From Longimicrobiales bacterium (GTDB taxonomy: Bacteria > Gemmatimonadota > Gemmatimonadetes > Longimicrobiales > Gaopeijiaceae): a DNA stretch of 37,070 nt. Below, one piece after another: positions 29,583 through 37,070 of the stretch. Where the stretch lies: assembly GCA_965197725.1 (NCBI GenBank), contig CBDANQ010000030.1, positions 1-37,070 on the forward strand. The letters run 5' to 3'. Both the position numbers and the translations under genes were made by a program. Numbering within the stretch: the stretch's first letter is position 1; every line of letters begins with the position of its first letter. Under the pieces are notes generated by a model, which worked only from the letters and a program-made list of their open reading frames with translations, had not been told where the DNA came from and did no database searches.

Positions 29583-30365
29583 GTGATGACCGAGCGGATG
29601 GCGCGGGCACGGCGGCTCGTTGGTGAAGCCAGTCGTATCGTGGTACTGACCGGAGCCGGTATTTCGGCGGAGTCGGGAGTCCCCACGTTTCGGGGCGCCG
29701 GAGGCTTGTGGAAGTCCCATCGAAGCGAAGAACTCACCACACCCGAAGCGTTCGCGCGCGATCCACAGACCGTGTGGGAATAGTATTCCTGGCGGAGGGG
29801 GCTCGTCGCCGACTGTGCCCCGAACCACGGCCACTTGGCACTCGCCCGCTTCGCGCTCGGAGACACGCCCACGACCATGGTGACTCAGAACGTGGACGGC
29901 CTGCACACGAGGGCGGCTCATGAGGCGGCTGGCCGCGCCGACCCCTCCCCCGCACTCCCCGTCGAGGTCCACGGCACGATCGATCGCGACAAGTGCTCGG
30001 CCTGCGGCGTGCGCACGCCGGGCATGACCTCGGTCGACGCCAGCAGCCACGGTTCGCTCCCGCGCTGCACGGCGTGTGACGGCATGCTCCGCCCGGACGT
30101 CGTATGGTTCGGAGAACCTCTGGAACCCGAGGTCTTGTCGCACGTGTTCCAGGTGGCGCGGGACGCGGATCTGTGCCTGGTGGTCGGAACGAGCTCGCTG
30201 GTCCAGCCGGCGGCCTCGGTGCCGCTCGTGACCCAGCACAGCGGTGGCATGCTCATCGAAGTGAACCTCGAACCGACTCCGCTCAGCGGGGAGGCCGAAG
30301 TCAGCCTGCTCGGGCCAGCAGGTGAGCTGCTGCCCGAACTCCTCGACCTAGAACCCGTGACCTGA
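29583..30365 (+). pseudogene. cobB: Sir2/CobB NAD-dependent deacylase interrupted by an in-frame TAG (29781-29783)
   Basis: [15 protein letters not shown]...VWE*YSWRR...TQNVDGLH, EVHG, two CxxC, LRPDVVWFGE, VGTS all lie in one frame; the stop replaces the Trp of WEWY. Confidence 0.9.
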
Positions 30366-30432
30366 TTAGAATCATGCCAAGGATTTGTTCGCCCGAACAA
30401 CCTCGAGATGCATCGACTTTTCCCGGCGTCCC

Positions 30433-32414
30433 ATGAGCACTCGTCGTCCGCACGTCGTCTTCGCGCTCGCGTTCCTGACCGCCTGCGGTGGCAGCGACGG
30501 TCCGACCGGCCCCGGCCCCGGCAATGGAGGGGCGCCAACCATCGCTTCGGTTACGGTTTCGCCGGCAGGCGTGACGATCACGATCGGAGCAACGCAGCTT
30601 TATTCGGCCGCGATCCGGGACTCGAACGGCAGCAACGTCACGAGCGCCACAGTGGTGTAGTCGAGCGCGGACGCGTCCGTGGCGACGGTGAGCAGCAACG
30701 GACTGGCCACGGGCGTCGGTGAGGGCACGGCGGCGATCACGGCAACGGTCAGCGGCGTCTCGGGCTCCCAGAACCTCACCGTCGAGATAGCAGCGTGCGC
30801 CAATCGACAGACGGTCCAGATGGATCCCGGCGGAAGCGCGACGTACGAGGCGACCGACTGCATCCTGCTCCCGGCGGGCGTCTCGGGAGATCGCTACCGG
30901 GTAGCGGTGATTCGCCCGTCCGAGAGCGAGAACTCGAGCGACATCACGACGGCGACGGTGACCGCCACCGCCATCGGATCGTCTGCCAACGCGGTAGCCC
31001 CGCCGAGCACTCGAGCACGAACTCCCTCGCAGGTCCTTTCCAAGATCGACGGCACCGTCTTTGTCGAGAACTTCGAGCGTAGGCAGCGGACTCGGAGGGC
31101 GCATGCGATTCTCAGGCAGCGCGAGCGCGACATGGCCTTCTCGAAGGAGACTCTCCTCCAGAGCAGTCCCATGCTGCTGGCACCGGCGCTACGCGCGGAC
31201 CCGCCCACGACTCGGCAGTTCAACACTACCAGCACCTGTTCGGGCGCCAAGATGCCGCACTCGCTGGTCGCCTTCAACGACGACCTCGCGATCTATCAGG
31301 AGGACGCTGGCACGGCGATCGATGTGGCGTCCGCCAACATCATGCTCGACTACTATACGTCATACATACGAGACATGATCGCCGAGTATTGGGGCCCGAT
31401 GTCGGACGTCGACGGGAACGGACGGCTCCTGGTCACAACGGCGGCCTCGCTCAGCTTGGATGGCGTGGCAGAGACCTTTTCGGGCGATCTCCACGACGCT
31501 TCGACGTGCCCGAACGGCAATCAGGCGAGATAGCTTACTTCCAAACATCGTTTTTCAACTTGATGGCCGACGACAGTCCCAATTGGGCAGCGCTCGGCGT
31601 GCTCGCTCACGAGGCCAAGCACATCATCGGGGGCTCCAATCGCGCGGAGGGTGCACAAGGGAGCGATCCAATCTGGCTCGATGAGGGCGCCGCCGACATC
31701 TCCGAAGAGATGGCCTCGCGGACCGCGTGGGCCGCGACCGGCGGCCCGGCGATCACGGCGACCATCACGGACGCCGACATTCTGACCGCCGTGGCGGCCA
31801 ACGGCAACCGCATTCCCAAAGAGCTGTGGGGCGTCACGGACCGGATCGCCGGCATCATCATCCAACTGTCCAACCACCCGAACAGCTTCACGACGAACCC
31901 GACCGGGGCGCACGCTCAGCACTCGTTCTATCACGGGAGCTGGCACCTGCAACGATTCCTGGCGGATGACTATGGGAACGCGGGTAGCGGTCAGGCGGGC
32001 GCCTTCTTCACGGCGCTCTACGCTCCCTCCGCGACTCCCGGTACAGCGGGGCTGACCGCCCAGACGGGTCAGACATTCGAGCAGCTCTTCGTGGAGCTCG
32101 TCACCGCGATGAGCTTACACGGCGCCGCGACCCCCGCACCGGCGCGCACGTTCTCGACGTACGATCTCGTCACCGCGACGAACATCTTCGGGGGGCCGCC
32201 GCAAATCGCCCCGACGGGGCTCTACCCCTGGCCGGTGACCACCACTTCCGACGAGAACCCGAGCGCCGGCTTCGTCACCGCCACCTACTCGGGGCTCATG
32301 GGGCTCGCGGGCATCCGCATCCACGACTTCCTCTCGTCCGGGACCGGCGACGGCCTGCAACTGGAGTTCGATTTGGCGGCGCCCGCCAAGATCGTGGTGA
32401 CACGGCTCCGTTAA
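30433..32414 (+). pseudogene. Lipoprotein with bacterial Ig-like domain and HExxH zinc metallopeptidase domain; in-frame TAG at 30658-30660 and a frameshift near 31524
   Basis: Lipobox FLTAC; VTVSP...VV*SSADASVATV (Big_2 consensus WSSS...VATV); DVDGNGR; frame change at NGNQ/GEIAY; AHEAKH and WLDEG. Confidence 0.82.
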
Positions 32415-33427
32415 CGGCTGAGCACGGAGGCGAGCGTCGCGGGTGCAACGTTCCCTCCGCTCAGCACCACGACCACGGGCCGCACAGCACCGGGCTCAAG
32501 GGCGTGGGGCCGCCAGGCGCCCGAGAGCAGCGCCGCAAGCGCAACCGCCCCGCCCCCCTCTACCACCAGTCGCAGAGACGTCACGGCGTAGGCCATCGCG
32601 TCCTCGATCTCGGCCTCGGAGACGCTGACGTGCTCCTGGACGCGGTCTCGGACGAGTTCGAACGAGTACTGGTTGTCGAGCCCGATGCCACCGGCGAGCG
32701 CGTTGGCCAGAGTCTCCTGCTCAGGCAGCTCAACCGGCTTGCCCGCGCGCACGCTCGCCAGCATCACGGCGGCGTTTGCCGCCGAAACCGCGACGATGCG
32801 CGGTGCGTCCCCCAGAAGCTTCTCCTGGAGCGCTGCGGCGATGCCACCGATCAGCCCGCCTCCTGACAGTGGAGCGAGCACCGCTTCGGGAACGACGTGC
32901 AACTGATCGAGGATCTCCAAAGCGAGCGTACCCTGCCCCGCGATGACCCACGGATCGTCGTACGCCGACACATAGCAGCGAAGCGACGTGCGGGCCAGGG
33001 CGAGCGCGTGGGCTTCGGACTCGTCGAACGTGTCCCCCACCAGAAGAGCCTCGGCTCCTCGGGCCCGAATGCCCTCCAGCTTCACCGGGTCGACCCATGT
33101 GGGCACGCACACCGTCGCGGGGATGCCCAGGCGCTGCGCCACGTACGCGACCGCCCGCCCGTGGTTGCCGCTCGAGCAGGCCACGACGCCACGAGCGCGT
33201 TCGTCCTCGCTCAGTGCAGCCAGACGAGCTGCGGCGCCGCGAACCTTGAAGGACCCGGTCACTTGCAGGCACTCGGCCTTCAGCAAAACGGGCGCACCGA
33301 GCTTCTCCGAGAGCTCAGGCGCCTCCAACAGCGGTGTACGGCCCACGATCCCACGAACCGACGCCTGGGCCTGTGCGAAGTCGAGCACGCCCGTTGCTCC
33401 TACTACGAGATGACGCACGCCACGCAT
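32411..33427 (-). CDS. PLP-dependent threonine/serine dehydratase family protein (catalytic domain only, EutB-like)
   Basis: RTPL, GSFKVRG, SSGNHG, AGQGT, GGGL, GGIGLDN, VEGGGA, SGGN; start uncertain. Confidence 0.88.
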   Translation of the reverse strand: MRGVRHLVVGATGVLDFAQAQASVRGIVGRTPLLEAPELSEKLGAPVLLKAECLQVTGSFKVRGAAARLAALSEDERARGVVACSSGNHGRAVAYVAQRLGIPATVCVPTWVDPVKLEGIRARGAEALLVGDTFDESEAHALALARTSLRCYVSAYDDPWVIAGQGTLALEILDQLHVVPEAVLAPLSGGGLIGGIAAALQEKLLGDAPRIVAVSAANAAVMLASVRAGKPVELPEQETLANALAGGIGLDNQYSFELVRDRVQEHVSVSEAEIEDAMAYAVTSLRLVVEGGGAVALAALLSGAWRPHALEPGAVRPVVVVLSGGNVAPATLASVLSR

Positions 33428-33641
33428 CAACAAATCGCGTGCGCGAGCACACAAGGTAGGGTGGCGACGCCTCGACAGCTGAGGCGTCACTTCCACGCGG
33501 CCGCTGCCGAGGGCCAGCTCCGTGTTGTCGCCGCTCCAGAATTGCCCGGTCTGAGCGGATGTGCGGGCTTGAGACGAGGTGGATTCGCGGACACATTCCG
33601 TTCATGCGCGTTAGAGCACAACCGGCCCGGAGCTATGAATC

Positions 33642-33713
33642 ATGAAAGGGTTTCTCAAGTTCGCTGGCATGTCAGCCGGGGGATGGATCGGTTGGTTCAT
33701 TGGCGCTCCCTAG
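33642..33713 (+). pseudogene. Truncated small Gly-rich membrane protein (MKGFLKFAGMSAGGWIGWFIGAP*)
   Basis: GxxxGGWIGW glycine-zipper pattern that stops after one helix, just before the IS21 remnant. Confidence 0.45.
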
Positions 33714-33776
33714 CGGGCGGGAGAGTGGGGATGTAGGCACCACCCCGAGCGATCTTCCGGCCGATCCACTCACTTG

Positions 33777-33885
33777 GCGCCTCCACCGAGAACGTGGAGG
33801 TGCAATGATCGGAAGGGAGAAGCGCGTGCTGCTCCGTCATTACCTCGAGCAGGGGATGAACAAGGCGGTGATCGCCCGGGATCTT
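33777..33885 (+). mobile_element. IS21-family remnant: SD-sequestering hairpin plus first 27 codons of istA
   Basis: ATG 33805 MIGREKRVLLRHYLEQGMNKAVIARDL (IstA-type N-terminal HTH); 10-bp stem GCGCCTCCAC/GTGGAGGTGC (33777-33803) covers the SD; no DDE domain or istB. Confidence 0.7.
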
Positions 33886-33939
33886 AGGGCGGCGCCGGCA
33901 CCTGGTGTGCGTGTGCGTCGAGAGCGTGGGCTGGAACAA

Positions 33940-34455
33940 CTACTTGGCCTCGTCTCCGTGGATCTGCCTCGTGAGGGCCGGCACCAGGTCCATGGAGCGG
34001 GCGTAGGTCGCGAGCTGGCCGCAGTGGTAGTACTCGTGCGCACCGGCGTAGAAGAGGTACGTCACACGCTTCCAGGTCTTCTCGTCGAACCGCTTAATGT
34101 CGCGCGACCAGTGGTCCTCCCCCGCGGCACGGATGCGCTCATTGCACGTCTCCAGGGATGACCCGAGCGCGTCGAGGAGCTCACTCGGCGTCATCGACGC
34201 GGGCAGGTGTCCGGCATGATCTGACAGGTGGTCGTCCGGCGACCGGCGCGTGAAATCCCCACCGGGATCTGCCGCCTCGCTGATGAGCATGAGGCCCGCT
34301 TCGATGATGTGACGCACCAGCTCCGCAACGCTCTTCGCGTTGGGATGGGGCCGAAAATCCCAGCTCTCGAGCGGGATGTTGTTCGCCTCGCCGATCGTTC
34401 CCTTACGTGCGTACCCGAACGCTTCGATCGCGTCCGCCAAGACTCCGTCGCCCAT
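33940..34455 (-). CDS. DinB/YfiT-like family protein
   Basis: WDFRP, SVAELVRHI and HEYYHCGQL (three-His metal site); GGAGAAGGA SD upstream of ATG 34455. Confidence 0.88.
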   Translation of the reverse strand: MGDGVLADAIEAFGYARKGTIGEANNIPLESWDFRPHPNAKSVAELVRHIIEAGLMLISEAADPGGDFTRRSPDDHLSDHAGHLPASMTPSELLDALGSSLETCNERIRAAGEDHWSRDIKRFDEKTWKRVTYLFYAGAHEYYHCGQLATYARSMDLVPALTRQIHGDEAK

Positions 34456-35234
34456 TTCCTTCTCCGTCGGGGGGGTGCGGAGGTCTGTGTGTGCCCACCC
34501 CCCACGAACGACTACATCGAGACCGGGTGTTCCGCCAGGCCCACCCTGCTGAAGCGTGGCCAGGAACGTCTTCCTACTGCTCGCGGAGGCAGAGAACCCC
34601 GCCAGAGGCCCAGAATCGCCCCCTACAGTATTCGGTGTATGTTCGGGTAACCAGAGTAGGCCGGAGCCTCCTCGTGGCGTAGAGAGCCGTCCTGCCAGAC
34701 CCGAACGAGATCGTGGCCGCGCCGACTCCCATCGCTCAGCCCACAGACCGGGCTGCGAACAGCGACGGTGCAAGCAGCCAACCCACGGAGGGTTAGGGAC
34801 GATGGGGCATCGGCTTCAGCGTGCTCGTCTTGGGGGCAGCACTCGTGCCCCCCTGGCCAGCAGCAGGTCGAACGGATCGCCAGGAACGGGACCGGCGGCG
34901 CCCAGTGGCCGGCTCCGTGAACGCCAGCCTACCGGCCGAGCTCGCGCTGCAAGACGTCCAGATCGCCGGCCTCGCCGGCCTCACCCGCCTCGTCAATCCG
35001 CCATGGACGCTGAAGCTGATCGACGCGGGTCCGGAGGTCGCCGTCGGTATCGCGCTCGGGTACGGGCTTGGGGTAGCGACGGGCGGGTAGGCGCTCCAGG
35101 CTCGCGATTCACTATTACTAGCCGACACGCGCTATACCTACCCGCGACTGCGGCGATTCGCTGGTAGGACGCCTGAGCGGGTACGCTTCAAAACACTAGC
35201 TTCCCGATCCCGACCACCAGGCGGCCGTCGCGCA

Positions 35235-35468
35235 GTGTCCGAAAGCCGCGGGCGGGCGGCGGGAGAAATCGGGCGCATTCACCGCTTCGTGCCATCGCTC
35301 CAGCTGATCGAGGGCGGCATGTACTACCACACCGACTACGATGCAGTGGAAACGACTCCGCCCTCCGGCCTGGAGAATACAACGCGCTCGTACGCTAAGA
35401 TCATCGACCAAGTGAACCGATTCGACCGGTCGGAGCTCGAGGCTCCGGAGGCAGCGGCGAGCAACTAG
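35235..35468 (+). pseudogene. Orphan C-terminal fragment resembling an M28-type peptidase tail
   Basis: GEIG...PSLQLIE...YYHTDYD...GLENTTRSYAKIID shows the YHTxxD terminal motif; no upstream body. Confidence 0.5.
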
Positions 35469-35486
35469 GGCCCGCCCCGTCGGCCC

Positions 35487-35515
35487 TTGCCCCTCCAAAA
35501 CCCGCAGCCTACGGT
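35487..35515 (+). promoter_or_regulatory. Possible sigma70 promoter of the second NHL gene
   Basis: TTGCCC-N17-TACGGT about 50 nt upstream of ATG 35568. Confidence 0.35.
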
Positions 35516-35567
35516 TGACCGCGGATGAAGGGTCGTAAGAGGGGTCTCCCAGAAGCGAGGTCAAATC

Positions 35568-36629
35568 ATGCCAGTTCGTAGCCCAAAGCCGAGTCCAAGC
35601 GCGTGGATCAGTGCGCTGGTCGCTATCACGTTGTTCGCACCTGGGGCACACCTCATCGCCCAATCGGGCCCCAGTCCCTACCGCACGGTGGACGGTTGGG
35701 CCAAGCTGCTGGACGGGCGGCAGATGGGCGCCGTGGGCAAGGTTACGACCGACCCTGATGGAGAGCACATCTGGGCGGTGATCCGCTGTGACGCGGGCAG
35801 GGACCGGTTCGGAAACGAATGCATGGACTCGGCCCTGGACCCGGTCGTCAAGTTCGACCTCGACGGCAACGTGGTGGCGAGTTTCGGCGGCGGGATGTTC
35901 ATTTGGCCTCACGGGATCGATGTCGACTCGAACGGCAACGTGTGGGTCACGGACGCGGTGAGCTCGGCGAACATCCCGGACGGTGACAGCCGCGGCCATC
36001 AGGTCATCAAGTTCAGTCCGACCGGTGAGGTGCTCTTCAGGCTCGGCACTCCAGGGGTCGCGGGCAGCCGTCCCCGCAGCTTCAATTCGCCGAGCGACGT
36101 CGTCGTGGCGCCCAACGGCACTGTCTTCATCGCGGACGGCCACAACAACAACGGAAACAACCGCGTCGTGACATACACGAGCGATGGGGAGTACGTCAGG
36201 GCCTGGGGGCGGACCGGGTATGGGCCGCAGGAGTTCCGCGCGCTGCACGCCATCGACATGGATTCCAACGGGCGGATCTTCGTGGGCGATCGCAGCAACA
36301 ACCGGATCCAGATCTTCGAGCAAGACGGCACACACTTGGCCACCTGGACCCAGTTCGGCCGGCCGAGCGGGATCGCCTTCGATGGGAACGGCCAGATCTT
36401 CGTGGCCGACTCGGAGTCGGACAACGTGCAGAATCCCGGCTGGGAAATGGGGATCCGCATCGGAGACGTCGAGACCGGTTGGGTGACCGACTTCATCATC
36501 TACCCGTGGGGAGACCCGCGTGAGGTCGCCGGCAACGGTGCCGAGTTCGTCGCGGTGGATCGTGACGGGAACATGTATGGGGGGGAGCCTCGTCCTAGGA
36601 AGCTCCAGAAGTACATCCGAGTCAGGTAG
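35568..36629 (+). CDS. Secreted NHL-repeat beta-propeller protein (paralog of 1939-2949)
   Basis: Signal peptide; FGGGMFIWPHGIDVD, PSDVVVA, LHAIDMD, WTQFGRPSGI; GAGGT SD. Confidence 0.88.
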   Translation: MPVRSPKPSPSAWISALVAITLFAPGAHLIAQSGPSPYRTVDGWAKLLDGRQMGAVGKVTTDPDGEHIWAVIRCDAGRDRFGNECMDSALDPVVKFDLDGNVVASFGGGMFIWPHGIDVDSNGNVWVTDAVSSANIPDGDSRGHQVIKFSPTGEVLFRLGTPGVAGSRPRSFNSPSDVVVAPNGTVFIADGHNNNGNNRVVTYTSDGEYVRAWGRTGYGPQEFRALHAIDMDSNGRIFVGDRSNNRIQIFEQDGTHLATWTQFGRPSGIAFDGNGQIFVADSESDNVQNPGWEMGIRIGDVETGWVTDFIIYPWGDPREVAGNGAEFVAVDRDGNMYGGEPRPRKLQKYIRVR

Positions 36630-36693
36630 CGACAGGGGGCGGGCGCTCGACCGCGCTCGCCAGCCATTCATCACGCCGGCCGCCTTCCCCGGG

Positions 36694-37070
36694 ATGTTCC
36701 GCGACTCTCCCCGCGCGACGGCATCCGCCCCGGAGGGCGTCACTCAAGTGTGGCTCGAAACATCCTTCGGACGGGTCGAGGCCTGGTGCTTCAGCGCGAA
36801 GGAAGGCTTTCCTAGCCCGACGATCCTCTTCGCTCACGGTAACGGAGAGTTGATCGAGGACTGGGACAGCGAGATGGGCCGCCTGGCTGAGGCAGGAGTG
36901 AGCAAGCTGGCAGTGGAGCTTCCAGGATACGGTGTCTCGGCAGGCAAGCCGTCCCAGGCGACAATACGCGAGACGTTCACACTCGCGTTCGATTGGCTCG
37001 TCCGGCAGGACGAGGTAGACGCTGATCGAATCGTGGCCTTCGGAAGGTCTATGGGCGGCGGAAGGCTCTC
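36694..37070 (+). CDS. Alpha/beta hydrolase, runs off the window end; N-terminus possibly lost
   Basis: Not in the ORF track; manual translation gives LFAHGNGE, VELPGYG and GRSMGGG (nucleophile elbow). Confidence 0.8.
   Translation, partial: MFRDSPRATASAPEGVTQVWLETSFGRVEAWCFSAKEGFPSPTILFAHGNGELIEDWDSEMGRLAEAGVSKLAVELPGYGVSAGKPSQATIRETFTLAFDWLVRQDEVDADRIVAFGRSMGGGRL

Noticed and set aside
29781..30660. Genome-wide reassignment of TAG to Trp or pyrrolysine
   Set aside because: TAG ends several genes at their expected C-termini (9263-9265, 21250-21252, 27176-27178), and no pyl genes are in the window.
33700..34161. 153-aa plus-strand ORF as an intact gene
   Set aside because: It is a chimera of the istA stub and the antisense of the dinB-family gene.

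Overview
High-GC bacterial chromosomal window. Gene order and protein style suggest a Gemmatimonadota-like diderm; this is an inference, not verified. The core is a ~18 kb co-directional envelope operon chained by overlapping start/stop codons (kdsB-pyrG-kdsA-kdsC-[kdsD remnant]-lptC-long LptA-like-lptB-rpoN-GT2-wecB-GT4-YfhO-flippase-like-Dpm1-like-methyltransferase-CYTH-rlpA). It ends at a 28-bp Xer/dif-like site (27234-27261), which probably marks the replication terminus. Left of the operon are a full-length IS256-family element with an 8-bp target duplication, an NHL protein, lspA, a CNNM/CorC transporter, a small 8-Cys protein, a pncB-pncA NAD salvage pair and trpG/pabA. Right of dif the region is decaying: cobB and the adjacent Ig-domain metallopeptidase lipoprotein each carry TAG where a Trp is expected, and there is an IS21 istA stub plus several orphan gene fragments. 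The most notable observations are the kdsD remnant among intact Kdo genes, the dif site, the twin Trp-to-amber stops, a possible leaderless Pro-rich uORF coupled to kdsB, a probable CTG start, and a desulforedoxin-like mini-protein with an inserted second Cys site. No CRISPR array, rRNA or tRNA was seen, and I cannot claim a definitively new system. All family calls come from motif recognition, not database searches.
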